Assembly (NCBI GenBank): GCA_038087875.1 | Contig: JAXLNO010000057.1 | Location: 1 to 64,000 of the forward strand | DNA from: Malacoraja senta | Lineage: Eukaryota | Length of the DNA stretch: 64,000 nucleotides | Direction: 5' to 3' | Notes under the pieces: generated by a model | Told to the model about the DNA's origin: nothing | Seen by the model: only the letters and a program-made list of their open reading frames with translations | Database searches by the model: none | Translations under genes and position numbers: made by a program | Shown here: positions 1-12,160 of the stretch, piece after piece | How the letters are laid out: every line of letters begins with the position of its first letter | Numbering within the stretch: position 1 is the stretch's first letter

Positions 1-120
1 TCTCTCTCTCTCTGTCTCTGTCTCTCTCTCTCTGTCTCTGTCTCTCTCTCTCTCTCTGTCTCTGTCTCTCTCTCTCTCTGTCTCTGTCTCTCTCTCTGTC
101 TCTGTCTCTCTCTCTCTCTG

Positions 121-151
<31 letters not shown>

Positions 152-330
152 GTCTCTCTCTCTGTCTCTGTCTCTCTCTCTGTCTGTCTCTCTGTCTCCC
201 CCTCACTGACCTCTCTCTCTCGCTCAGTCTCTGTCTCCCCCTCACTGACCTCTCTCTCTCGCTCAGTCTCTGTCTCACCCTCACTGACCTCTCTCTCTCT
301 CTCTCAGTCTCTGTCTCTCTCTCTCTCTCT
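1..330. repeat. (TC)n/(TCTG)n compound microsatellite with three short CCCTCACTGACC-containing units
   Basis: Direct reading of the sequence. Confidence 0.95.
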
Positions 331-331
331 C

Positions 332-1638
332 TTAGAACCATGTACAGGTGTGCAGTCGTAGGTGAAGAGGGAGTAGAGGAGTGGGCTCAGTACACAGCCC
401 TGTGGAACGCCGGTGTTCAGGGTGAGGGTTGAAGAGGTGTGGTTGTCCAACCTAACAGACTGGGGTCTGTTAGTTAGGAAGTCCAGTAACCAGTTGCAGA
501 GGGAGGAGTTGATGCCCAGGTCGCTGAGTTTGGTGATCAGTTTTGAGGGGATAATGGTGTTGAATGCTGAGCTATAATCGATGAACAGCATTCTCACGTC
601 GGTGTTTGTGTTGTCGAGTTGGGAGAGGGCGGAGTGGAGTGCCGTTGAGATGGCATCCTCCGTACTCCTGTTCTTGCGGTAGGCAAACTGATAGGGGTCC
701 AGTGTGGGAGGTAGGCAGCCTTTGAGGTGTGCCAGGACCAGCCTCTCGGAGCACTTGGTGATGATGGGAGTAAGTGCAACTGGGCGGAAGTCAGTCAAGT
801 CAAGTCAAGTCACATTTATTTATATAGAACATATATAGCTCATTTAAAAAACAACTCTCGTTGGCCAAAGTGCTTTACATTTGTTATAAGAATAGCATAA
901 ACAAAACAAACTACATAATATATACATGTAGCCCTCACTCAGAGGACGTCTGGAAAGGATTGGGTGTATAGATACGTTTTTAGTCTTGACTTAAAAGAGT
1001 TGATGGAGGGGGCACTTCTGATGGGAAAGGGGATGCTGTTCCACAGTCTAGGGGCTGCAACCGCATAGACGCGGTCGCCCCTGAGCTTATGCCTAGACCG
1101 TGGGATATTCAGCAACCCCAAGTCAGCCGATCTGAGGGGCCTGGAGTTGGAGTGGTGGGTGAGAAGACTTTTTATGTAGGTGGGGGAAAGCCCATTGAGG
1201 GCTTTGTAGACATGGAGGAGGATCTTGAAGTTTATACGGAACCACACAGGGAGCCAGTGGAGAGAGGCCAGGATCGGGGTGATGTGGTCCCTTTTTCGGG
1301 TGCCCGTCAGGAGTCTCGATGCGGCGTTTTGGACCAGTTGCAGGCGGGACAGGGAAGATTGGTTGATGCCAGTGTAGAGGGAGTTGCAGTAATCTAGGCG
1401 GGAGGAGATGAATGTGTGGATGATCTTTTCGAGGTCATCAGACTGGAGGAATTATTTTATTTTAGCTATCGTCCTAAGCTGAAAGAAGCTAGCTTTTACC
1501 ACGGCATTGACTTGTTTGTCAAATTTCAGTGCTGAGTCAAATATCACGCTAAGTCATTAAGGCTCGCCGCAGTGGAGTGTTTTGGCACCGGCACGATGGA
1601 GGTGGTTTTAAGGCACGTGGGGACAACTGCTTGGGCAA
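332..1638 (-). mobile_element. Rex1/Babar-like non-LTR RT fragment (332-793 and 1551-1638), split by a nested L2
   Basis: PTCLKTTSIVPVPKHSTAASLN at 1551-1638 joins DFRPVALT...[11 protein letters not shown]...[15 protein letters not shown] in ORF 304-798. Confidence 0.85.
794..1550 (-). mobile_element. 5'-truncated L2-like LINE 3' end with (TTGAC)n tail
   Basis: ORF 939-1247 (FRINFKILLHVYKALNGL...AAPRLWNSIP...FKSRLKTYL); AAGTCA duplicated at 788-793 and 1551-1556. Confidence 0.85.
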
Positions 1639-1639
1639 C

Positions 1640-2025
1640 TTAGAGAAACATATAAAATTCTTTAGGGATTGGACAGGCTAGATGCAAGAAAAATGTTCCC
1701 AATGTTGGGGTAGCCCAGAACCAGGGGCAACACACAGTTTAAGAATTAAGGGTCAGCTATTTAGGACTGAGATGAGGAGAATATTTTCCACCCGGAGAGT
1801 TGTGAATCTGTGGGATTCTCTGCCTCAGAAGGCAGTGGAGGTCAATTCTCTGGATGCTTTCAAGACAGTTAGAGTTAGCTCTTAGGGCTAACGGAATCGA
1901 GGGATATAGGGAGAAGGCAGGAACGGGGAACTGATTGTGGATGATCAGCCATGATCATATTGAATTGCGGTGCTAGCTCGAAGGGCCGAATGGTCTACTC
2001 CTGCAACTATTTTCTATGTTTCTAA
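1640..2025 (+). mobile_element. CR1 LINE 3' fragment
   Basis: HSLRIKG...RVVNLWDSLPQKAVE motif and TTTCTATGTTTCTA tail. Confidence 0.85.
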
Positions 2026-2429
2026 GTGTGAGGCAAGGAACTGCAGATGCTGGTTTAAAATTGATGATGGACACAGTGTGCTGGAGTAACTCAGCAGATC
2101 AGGCAGCATCTCTGGAAAACGTAGACAGGTACAAAGTGATGGGGTAACTCAGCGGGACAGGCATCATCTATGGAGAATGTAGACAGGTACAAAGTGCTGG
2201 AGTAACTCAGCGGGACAGGCATCTGCAGTTCCTTCCTCCACAACTCTCTGCGATTACCTGCGGGTCTTGGACGGAGCTGTTCCTAAACCATGCTGTGATT
2301 CATCCCAATAAAAAGCCTTCTATTGTGGGGAGGGAGGGGGGAGGGAGAGAGGGAGAGAGAGAGAGAGGAAGGGGGCGAGGGAGGGGTGAGCAGTGAAGGG
2401 GAGAACTTCCCAAAAAGTTAATCTACGTC

Positions 2430-3470
2430 AATAGACAACAGATGCAGGAGTAGGCCATTCAGCCCTTCAAGATAGCACCGCCATTCACTGTGATCATGGC
2501 TGATCATCCACAATCAGTACCCCGTTCCTGTCTTCTCCCCGTATCCCCTGACACCGCTATCTTTAAGAGCCCTATCTAGCTCTCTCTTGAAAGTATCCAG
2601 AGAACTGGCCTCTTGAGGCAGAGAATTCCACAGACTCACAACTCTCTGGGTGAAAAAGTGTTTCCTCATCTACGTTCTAAATGGCTTACCCCTTATTCTT
2701 AACCTGTGTCACCCCTGGTTCTGAGCTCCCACAACATCGGGAACATGTTTCCTGCCTCTAGATTGTTCAAACCCTTAATAATCTTATATGTTTCAATAAG
2801 ATTTCCTCTCATCCTTCTAAATTCCAGAGCATACAAATCCAGCTGCTTCATTCTCTCAGCATATGACAGTCCCGCCATCTCGGGAATTAATCTTGTGAAC
2901 CTACGCTGCACTCCCTCAGTAGCAAGAATGTCCTTCCTCAAATTTGGAGACCAAAGCTGCACACTTTTTGGTTTTATTCTGCTTATATGTTTTGTAATCT
3001 GCTTATTACATTTTGTAAGGCGTCCTTGAGAGTCTTTGAAAGGTGCCCATAAGTATAATGTTAATAATAATAATAACAATACTCCAGGTGTGGTCTCACT
3101 AGGACACTATACAACTGGATAAGGACCTCTTTGCTCCTATACTCAACTCCTCTTGTTATGAACGCCAACATGCCATTTGCTTTCTTCACTGCCTTCTGTA
3201 TCTGCATGCTTACTTTCATTGACTGATGAACAAGGACCCCCAGATCCTGTTGTACTTCCCCTTTTTCCAACGACACCATTCAGATAGTAATCTGCCTTCC
3301 TGTTTTTGCTACCAAAGTGGATAACTTCACGTTTATCCACATTTAACTGCATCTGCCATGCATCTGCCCACTCACCCAACCAGTCCAAGTCACCCTGCAT
3401 TCTCATAGCATCCTCCTCACAGTTCACACTGCCACCCAGCTTTGTGTCATCTGCAAATTTGCTAATGTAA
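2430..3470 (-). mobile_element. CR1 LINE ORF2 3' part, interrupted near 2965-3075 by a short (TAA)n-tailed insert
   Basis: QGDLDWLGEWAD, VRPHLEYC, EGVQRRFTRLIP motifs in minus-strand ORFs. Confidence 0.88.
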
Positions 3471-3489
3471 CTTGTTTACAAAAACAAGG

Positions 3490-4070
3490 CTCTATGAGGC
3501 GCTGGTCCGGTCGCATTCGGAGTAACTGAGCAATTTTGGGCCCCATATCTGAGGAAGGACGTGCCGGCTCTGGAGAGGGTCCAGAGGAGGTTCACGGCAC
3601 AGATCCCAGGAATGAGTGGGTTAACGTACGATGAGCGTTTGTCGGCGCTGGACCTGTACTCGCTGCAGTTTAGAACAACGAGGAGAGGGGGGTCCTCATT
3701 GAAACTTTAGCAAACAGTGAAAGGCCTGGATACAGTGGATGTGGAGAGGATATTTCCACGAGTGGGAGAGTCTAGGACCAGAGGGCACAGCCTCAGAATT
3801 AAAGGACGTTTCTTCAGGAAGGAAATGAGGGGGAATTTATTAGCCAGAGGGTGGGGAATCTGTGGGATTCACAAATGGCGGTGGAGGCCAAAAGTCAGTG
3901 GGTATTTTTAAGGCAGAGATAGGTGGTTTAATTGTTGATTAGTGGGCGTGTCAGGGGTTATGCGGAGAAGGCAGGAGAATGGGCTAGGAGGGAGATAGAT
4001 CAGCCTTTTTTGAATGGCGTAAACTTGATGGGTTGAATGGCCTAATTATGTTCCTATCACTTATGACCTT
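3490..4070 (+). mobile_element. CR1 LINE 3' fragment
   Basis: LERVQRRFT and KGLDTVDVERIFPRVGESRTRGHSLRIKG motifs. Confidence 0.85.
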
Positions 4071-4442
4071 ATGCGGGAGAGTAGGGAGAGGGGGGGGGAG
4101 TGAGAGAGAGGGAGTGAGAGAGAGGGGCAGAGGGAGAAGGGTAGAGGGTGAGAGGGAAGGAATGGAGAGACAGGGGGAGAGAGAGAGGAGGAGAGAGAAA
4201 GAGGGGGAGAGGGGGGGAAGAAGGAGGGGGAGGGATGGGAGAGAGGGGTAGAGGAGGGGAGAGGGAGGAGAGGAGAGGGGAGAGGGAGCAGGGCAGGGAG
4301 GGGAATCCTGCAGGCATGGCCACTTTCATTTCACTGTACATCTTGTATGTGTATGTGACAAATAAATTTCGCGACTTGAGGGAGAGGGGATAGGGGGAGA
4401 GGTTGGGGTGTGAGATGGGTGAGAGAGGGGGATTGAACTTAC

Positions 4443-4566
4443 GTAGACGTGATTGTACTGAATCCTTCTTGCCCAGCGGTTTCCCAGATATGCAGCTTCA
4501 CCTTCTCCCCATTAACATCGACCGTCTGAATCTTGAAATCCACTCTGATAGTAGTGATGTAGCGAC
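4443..4566 (-). pseudogene. RAB35: Isolated, degenerate Rab GTPase exon (RAB35-like; switch I to G3 region)
   Basis: TTTCAG acceptor, GTAAGT donor, 124 nt. Translates [42 protein letters not shown] versus recalled RAB35 GSYITTIGVDFKIRTVEINGEKVKLQIWDTAGQERFRTITST; invariant residues altered. Confidence 0.88.
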
Positions 4567-4729
4567 CTGAAAGAGTGAGAGAGAGGGACAGAGACAGAGA
4601 GAGAGAGAGAGACGAGGAGAGCGGGAGGGAGGCGAGGGGGTGAGCGAGAGAGGGGGTAGAGGGCGAGAGAGAGGGGAGAGAGAGGGGGAGAGGGGAGGAG
4701 GAGAGAGGGGGTCATCAACTTCACTCATT

Positions 4730-6230
4730 GTTATTTACATTTTGAATTTTAGAATTACTTATAGAAGTTTCCATAGGGGGTAATGGGAGTGTTGAAGGAA
4801 GTTCTCGATTAATATTATCAAGGAGTGATGGAGCTGATGGAGTAGACGGACATGGTGCAAGGTCACGAAGTGAGACAGTTGACTGACATCCATCTTGATA
4901 CATGATAGTTGCATAAGAAGGGTTAACATCGGAGTTCAACCATCAACAAAAGGCTGTTTCTTATTTGATCGGACATAACGACGAAGCAACACAGGCCCAT
5001 GGCTAGTCAACCATGATGGCAGAGAAGTACCACTAGAAGAACGTTGTTTGAAGTTAAAGAACCGCTAATGTGGAGTAGTATTGGTAGCAGTTGACAGTAG
5101 CGATCTGATGGAGTGTAATGCATCTGGTAGAACACATTCCCACTGCTGATCTGGTATGGTCATTTGACTATAAAGCCAGTTTCACTGTTTTCCAAATGAT
5201 TCCGTTATACCTCTCAACTTGACCATTTCCAATAGGATGATATGGTGTTGTTTTACTTGTTGCAATTCGTCTATTAGAAAGATAGTCTTTTAAATATTTT
5301 GACATGAATGAGGTGCCCCAGTAAGAATGTACATAACTTGGAAATCCACAGAGTGAAAACAGTTGATCTAAACACTTGATAACCGTAGCAGCTGACATAT
5401 TTGGACAAGGAAAGGCAAATGGAAACCTTGAATATTCATCAACTATGGTAAGTATATAAACATTTCGAGAGGAGGATGGTAAAGGCCCTTTGAAGTCAAT
5501 ACTCAAACGTTCCATAGGTTGAGTAGCTTTGATCAATCTTCCTTCTTCAGGACGGAAGAACCTTGGTTTTAATTCAGCACAGATTCTACATGAAGCACAC
5601 GTCATCTTCACATCTTCTGTAGAGAAAGGTACGTTTTTGGAACGAACATTGTGTAACAAACGAGTGACTCCAGGATGACACATCCCATTGTGAAGATCAG
5701 TGAGTGCAGAAGAATGAACAGAGGCACAAAATGCTCGAGTTAATGTATCCGGAGTAACATTATCCTTACCAGGGCGGTACTCAATTGAATAACTATATGC
5801 AGATAATTCAATCCTCCATTCATGAATTTTACTGTTTTTAATCTTCGTTCGTTTCCGATTATCCAGCATAAAAGCTACTGAACTATTATCAAAGTGAAGT
5901 GCAGGCGAGCAAGGAAATTACTCCATTTTCTCACTGCTTCAATAATTGCTGTAGCTTCCTATTCGACGGGTGAGTAGTGCAATTCACTACCTTGGAGAGC
6001 AGGAGACATGAAAGCCACTGGTCGTCCTCCTTGATTTAATGTTGCTGATACTGCTAAATCACATTCAACAACAAAGGGGAGATCCTCATCGATGGCGTGT
6101 AATGTCGCAGATTCTAATTGTTTCTTTAAAGAAGTAAAGGCACCAATTGTTGTAGAGTCAAGGGGGATAGATTTTGCTCTAATCAAAGGCTGAATTTTGT
6201 CAGAAAAATTTGGTATCCATTTAGTGACAA
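4730..6230 (-). mobile_element. Gypsy/Ty3 LTR retrotransposon pol fragment (RNase H and integrase), disrupted
   Basis: ORF 5959-6255 (FVVECD...GRPVAF); ORF 5168-5869 with HHCC (HNGMCHPG...CRIC), LSIDFKGP, IVDEYSRF, NGQVERYN. Confidence 0.92.
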
Positions 6231-6630
6231 TGTGATCACGGCTGATCATCCACAATCAGTACCCCGTTCCTGCCTTCTCCCCATATCCTCTGCTATTTTT
6301 AAGATCCCTATCTAGCTCTCTCTTGAAAGTATCCAGAGAACTGGCCTCTGAGGCAGAGAATTCCACAGACTCACAACTCTCTGGGTGAAAAAGTGTTTCC
6401 TCATCTCCATTCTAAATGGCTTACCCCTTATTCTTAAACTGTGGCCCCTGGTTCTGAGCTCCCCCAACATCGGGAACATGTTTCCTGCCTCTAGCTTATC
6501 CAAACCCTTAATAATCTTATATGTTTCAATAAGATACCCTCTCATCCTTCTAAATTCCAGAGCATACAAATCCAGCCGTTTCATTCTCTCAGCATATGAC
6601 AGTCCCGCCATCTCGGGAATTAATCTTGTG
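6230..6630 (-). mobile_element. CR1 LINE 3' fragment abutting an Ig exon
   Basis: TRLIPEMAGLSY...RVVSLWNSLPQ; closely similar to the copy at ~2490-2900. Confidence 0.88.
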
Positions 6631-6757
6631 TACAGACACTGGGACCAGACACTGGTGTTCAACAGAATTACCCCACAACAAGCTGGTCGGTATCTCTGTA
6701 CAGCGGGGAATGAGATCGGAACTGTCAGCTCAGAGACCATCACTGTTAATGTCCAGT
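6631..6757 (+). pseudogene. 3' half of an Ig C2-type domain exon (CD22/Siglec-like), 5' part missing
   Basis: TLVFNRITPQQAGRYLCTAGNEIGTVSSETITVNVQ (GxYxC, F-G strands) followed by a phase-1 GTGAGT donor. Confidence 0.8.
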
Positions 6758-7310
6758 GTGAGTATTCCCCGCCATCCCGTACACATACCCTTCAACATTG
6801 CCCGTTATAGGGAATGGCATTCCCTCTTCACTGCCCCTCCCTCTCTCTCTCTCACTCCCTCTCTCTCCCTCGCTTTCTCACTCTCCCTCCCTCCCTCCCA
6901 CCCTCTCCCTCACCGCTCATTCCTCCCTCTTTCTCACTGCCTCTCTCTCTTTCTCACTCCCTTTCTCCCTCTCTCTGTCCCTCCCTCCCTTATACAGGGT
7001 GACAAGTTGGGAGTTTTCTCCTGGAGGGAGGGAGGTGCAGGAAGGAGGGAGCGCCGCACTGCGGGAGGGAGAGAGAGAGAGGAAGAGGGAGAGAGAGGGA
7101 GGGAAAATCTTAATGTTAGATTTAGAGAATGTTAGAGTCTTAGAGAGGGAGGGAGACAGAGAGAGAGACAGAGATAGGGGAGGAATAGAGAGAGAGACAG
7201 CGAGAGAGAGAAAGACCGAGACAGAGACCGACAGAGGGAGACAAATGGATGTAAATATACAGGGAGCTCCACTGTGCGTGTGTCTGACGTGGGAATATTT
7301 CTCCCTGTAG

Positions 7311-7577
7311 ACGCTCCTATCAATGTGATGATCACAGCTCCAACAGCCCCTCCTGCTGGTAAATACACCACACTGCGGTGTGGATCACAGGCCAACCTTG
7401 TAGTGAACTCTTACAGCTGGAGAAAGCTCTGTGGCTCTCAGTCTACAGATCTGTGGGGATATTGTGCAGAATACAGACTGAGGGCCACTATACAGGTCGA
7501 GACCTGCGACTATTTCTGCACCGTGAGCAATACTCTCGGAGAAAAGGAGTCCCCAGATCAACGCATCGATGTCCAGT
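7311..7577 (+). pseudogene. Ig C2-type domain exon (CD22/Siglec-like) with mutated donor
   Basis: CCTGTAG acceptor; 267 nt, phase 1-1; (Y)APINVMI...TTLRCGSQAN...YSWRK...DYFCTVSNTLG...RIDVQ; donor reads GGAAGT instead of GTAAGT. Confidence 0.8.
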
Positions 7578-7674
7578 GGAAGTACAACTTTGTCCCAGCT
7601 TGTTACCGTCTAGACTACACTCCACAACTCTCCCCAACTCCTACAGATGCATCGTGTAAGGAAAGCATTTTGTG

Positions 7675-8030
7675 TGGGAAGGAACTGCAGATGCTGGTTT
7701 AAATCAAAGGTAGCCACAAAGTGCTGGAGTAACTCAGCAGGACAGGCAGCATCTCTGGAGAGAACGTGGACAGGTACAAAGTGCTGGAGTAACTCAGCGG
7801 GACAGGCAGCATCTCTGGAAAGAAGAAATGGGCCATGTTTCGAGTCGAGATCCTTCTTCAGTCTGAAGAATGGTCCCGGCCCGAAACATCACCCATTCCT
7901 TCTCTCCAGAGATGTTGCCAGTCCCGCTGAGTTACTCCAGCACTTTGTGCAAGAAGGAACAGCAGATGCCGGTTTACACCGAAGATAGACGCAAAGTGCT
8001 GGAGTAACTCAGCAGGACAGGCAGCATCTA
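7675..8030. repeat. Penelope-like-derived repeat in head-to-head inverted arrangement
   Basis: GCTGGAGTAACTCAGC...CTTCTTCAG-T-CTGAAGAA...GCTGAGTTACTCCAGC symmetry centred near 7862. Confidence 0.7.
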
Positions 8031-8173
8031 CAACTTTTTGGCCCTATGAGCATCGAGCCATAGTCACAGAGCCATAATTCTGGAGTCATAGATTTATATA
8101 GAGCCATATGGTCCTAGTGTCTTACAGTGTCTTAGAAATACTTGGAGAGAATATTAGAGAGTATTAGAGAATA

Positions 8174-8945
8174 CTAGACTAAGTGGGACCCGTTGGGTCC
8201 CATGTTCACATGGGAGGGCTGGTCCCCCAACGCAATATTCTACCTCTTTCCGCCAATTCCAATAGTTGTGGCAAGTAAGGGGGGTGGGCTGAAGGGACTG
8301 GTTTCCAGAGGGCTAGTATGGACATTGTGTGTGCAATGGATTCTTGGACTCGCAGTTCAGTCAATCATGGCTGGTGGGCTGGCAGTTCACTCACTCACTG
8401 CTGGTGGGCTGGCAGTTCACTCACGGCTGGTGGGCTGGCAGTTCACTCAATCACGGCTGGTGGGCTCACATGTACACACACACACACTCCATCTCTCACA
8501 CACACACACACCCTCCATCTCTCACACACTCACACTTACGCACACTCACTCACACACACACCCACACCCTCCATCACACACACACACACACATCCGGGAC
8601 ATTTGACAGTAAAACTCTTGAATCTACTCACGCCCGACTTCTGGACTGAGCACGGCCTTGGACTCAGGTTGGACCTCTGGACTGAGCGCGACCGGAGTGA
8701 TTGCAACTTCCTGAGTGAGCCACGGCTTGTAGATTAATATTCACTCACTAACAGCTGGATTCACTCACTAACAGTTCTGGACTCAACCCTCACTAACTGC
8801 TTGTAGACTCACAATTCACTCAGCGCGACTTGTAGACTCACAGTTCTGGACTCGACTCTCACTAACTGCTTGTGGACTCACAATTCACTCAGCACGACTT
8901 GTAGACTCACAGTTCTGGACTCAACTCTCACTCACTGACTGACTC
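8174..8945 (-). mobile_element. Non-autonomous Helitron 3' portion
   Basis: Minus strand ends TGGGACCC-AAC-GGGTCCCA hairpin (8184-8202), 6 nt, CTAG (8174-8177), then T; internal tandem subrepeats at 8360-8465 and 8720-8945. Confidence 0.75.
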
Positions 8946-8974
8946 ACGACCGGCCTCCGGGGCTTTATTCTCCT

Positions 8975-10172
8975 GGAACACCTGGCATGAGTAGCAGTCC
9001 AGTACAAAGAATGATGAACAGATGTACCAGGACCATTCCACCAACTACACAGAGGCTGCTCAAACCTGAGTTGAGAGCAGCTGGAGACAGACAAGCAAAC
9101 TACTACAACAGAGGATCCCAAGATCTGATTCTCCTGAAAGCTGATGATCCAGTTCGAGTGAAGCCGACCGGTGACCGACATCAGCCCTGGAGGAAGGTTG
9201 TGGTTGTAGGCCATGTGGCGTAACCCAGATCGTATGAAATCAGGACCAAGGACGACGTCATCTATCGTTGGAATCGGCGCCATCTGAGGACTAAAGAGCC
9301 ATTTCATCACGCTGATGTTGACCTGGTGACCGCCAAAACCAGAGCGAGTCAATCGACCTGTGAGCCGTCCACCGGTCCCCAGGGAACATCAAACCCTGGT
9401 TGATCGAGATGACCTGGTGACGATGCCTAAACCAGAGCGAGACAATCGACCTATGAGCCGAACACCGGTCCCCAGGGAGCATCAAGCCCTGACAACAAGA
9501 TCTGGTAGATGCGTTCGAAAACCACGCTATCTGCAGGATTATGTTCCCAAATAAGGATAGGGTCTGTACTTGTAGTTGATTTTAGATTTAAAAGGCTATT
9601 AGGTTATGTTTAAATAGTTAGTGTTATTGTGTTCTTTTATAGTTTGATATGCATAGTTTTATTTGGTAGTGGTAATGGCCATTTTAAAACTAAACAAATT
9701 AATACACTAAAAAGGGGAAAGGAACAAATAAATAAATAGATAAATAAAAAGGGGAACGGAAATGAGAAACCAGACATGTGTTGTTCAAAGTTTAGATAAT
9801 TCTGAGCACTGAACTATCGCAGATCCAAGGAATGAGAATTTGAAAGCTACTGCGGAAATGGACTGTCAAATGCATGTTGGGATATGGACTGTCCACATGT
9901 TGGACTCAGTCAAATACGATGCGATGGAAGAATGTAATTTCTTGCAATACATGTAAAGTGCCTGTACATATGTGTTTTGTAAACAAAGGGTGATGTTATG
10001 GGAATAACACCATCGGTGGTACAGTACCCATGATGCAATACCCACGAGGCTGCAGCCAAGATGGATCCTGAATAAAAATGGCTGAACCCAAGGCTCGAGT
10101 GTAAAGCCTCTGTTAATTAGTTGTGAAGCTGTAATGGAGCAGTTTACAGTAAGGAAACACAATATTAAAACA
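8975..10172 (+). mobile_element. Gypsy LTR element 3' end: integrase C-terminus, 3' UTR, PPT and 179-bp LTR (9994-10172)
   Basis: SSSPVQRMMNR...YYNRG...PRSYEI...RWNRRHL...TRSGRCVRKPRYLQDY; AAACAAAGGG-TGA before TGTTAT...AAAACA; AATAAA inside the LTR. Confidence 0.85.
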
Positions 10173-11282
10173 TACTCCACCATTCAATCATGGCTGATCT
10201 TTCTTTCCCTTCTCCTGCCTTCTCATAACCCCAGACACCTGTACTAATCAAGACTCTATCTATCTCTGCCATTAAAATACCCAATTGACTTGACCTCTGC
10301 AACCTTCTGTGACAATGAATTGTCCCTAATCTGTAGCATAGAACCAGTGTATGGGGATCGCTGGTCGCACAGACTCAGTGGGTTAAAGCGCCTGTTTCCA
10401 CGCTGCATCTCTTAGAAAAAAAATGCAACCCACTATTTTGGCTTCATACAGATTTTAAACAGTTACGTGGCTGCCTGACACTTTCTGAATCACAGTTCAC
10501 ATCCTCGTCACCTTAGCTGATCCACAGCTTGAGCCTCCAGCTCTTCACCCTCCCCATTTCAAAGAATCAATCACCACTCATGTTTGGCCTTCTCCTTATT
10601 AACTTTGGTACCCCAAGACCTGTTGAAATTAAAGAAAAAACTCTCATTCTTGTCATAAGATTCCCTCTCCAACTGCTGCAGTTTTAATAATCCTCCAAGT
10701 CACCTTCCCCGTAAAAACATCTGGCATTTTCCCTCCATCCAATAGCTACCCTCAATATCGATAACCTTGGATCAGTTGCTAAGGCTGAGTTATTACTCTG
10801 GTTCTTAATCCCTCTATGCTGGGAAATAAGCACTGTGTATTCACCCTATTCCCCTCATTTTTTATACACCTCTATAAATCTCCCCTCAGCCTCCTGCGCT
10901 CCAAGGAATAAAATCCGAGCTTACCATTTCGACCCACCATGACGACCAGTACACTATCACTATCCTCCACACACCAGGAGCAATTTTTACTGAAACCAAT
11001 TAACTTACAAATCAGCATGTCTTTGGAGTGTGGGTGGAAACTGGAACCCACGCAGTCACATGGGGAAGGTACAAACTCCGAACAGACAGCATCCGTAGTC
11101 AGGATGGAACCCGGGTCTCTGGTGCTGTGAGGCAGCAACTCTACCGTTGCTCCACTGTGCCACCCATGCAATGTGTAACACTGCATTGTGACATTCTTGT
11201 ACCATAAAGCCACTGTATAAAAGTCATTTATTGAAGCTGCCTGTACACAATTCTCATCTCCAGTTTTTTAAACATTTTTCAG

Positions 11283-11374
11283 ATACTGGGCAAACGGGAA
11301 ACTTTGTTTCAAGCAAAAGACAAGTAAAGAGGAGTTTGATTTGGAAGCCAGGAAGCTCCTTACTCATGATAATG
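11283..11374 (+). pseudogene. TADA1: TADA1 exon 2 (degenerate)
   Basis: [42 protein letters not shown] versus recalled [30 protein letters not shown]. Confidence 0.92.
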
Positions 11375-11444
11375 GTAAGGCCTATAATTGCTTACTTCCT
11401 TTACCCTTGATATATATCTGTACACTTTTTGACGGAAAACAATG

Positions 11445-12160
11445 AGGTGACTTTGTACTCAGCAACTTGTCCTGGACCAGCCATGTCAAAGCAATGGCCA
11501 AGAAAGCCCCCCACCATCTCTGCTTCCTTAGAAGCCTTAGGAAGTTCGGCATGTCCCCAACAACTCTCACCAACTTCAACAGATGCACCGCAGAAAGCAT
11601 TTTATCAATGCTTGTATTCCCTCATGCAACCCTCCTTTTGTATTCATTCAAACTGTATCAAGGGTGCATCACAGCATGGTTTGGGAACAGCTCCATCCAA
11701 GAGCACAAGAAATTGTAGCGAGCTGTAGACACAGCTCAGAACATCACACAAACCAACCTCCCTTCCACTGACTCCATGTACACTTCACACTACCTCAGCA
11801 AGGACACCAGCATAATCAAGGTCGAGTCTCACCCCGGTCTCCTCCAATCTGGCAAGAGGTACAGAAGTGTGAAAACACACACCTCCAGATTCAGGGCCAT
11901 TTTCTTCCCAGCTGTTACCAGGCAACTGAACCATCCTACCACCAACTGGAGAGTGGTCCTGAGCTACTATCTATCTCATTGGAGACCCTCAGACTATCTT
12001 TACTTGGACTTTACAGGACATTATCTTGCAGTAAATGTTATTTCCTTTATCATGTATCTACACTGGATGACTGGATTGTAATCATATATTGTCTTTCCGC
12101 TGACTGGTTAGCACGCAACAAAAGCTCTTCACTGTACCTCGGTACACGTGACAATAAACT
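11445..12160 (+). mobile_element. Rex1-like LINE 3' fragment
   Basis: SWTSHVKAMAKKA...FLRSLRKFGMS...CITAWFGN...SGKRYRSVKT; GTGACAATAAA tail. Confidence 0.8.

Noticed and set aside
4316..4370. ATG GCC ACT TTC ATT TCA (MATFIS), resembling the TADA1 N-terminus MATFVS
   Set aside because: Similarity ends after six codons, there is no donor, and the sequence reads as a LINE-type 3' tail (TTTCATTTCACTGTACATC...GTGACAAATAAA)
6385..6810. 141-aa ORF as a novel fusion protein
   Set aside because: Chance read-through from antisense CR1 into a truncated Ig exon; no acceptor or ATG support
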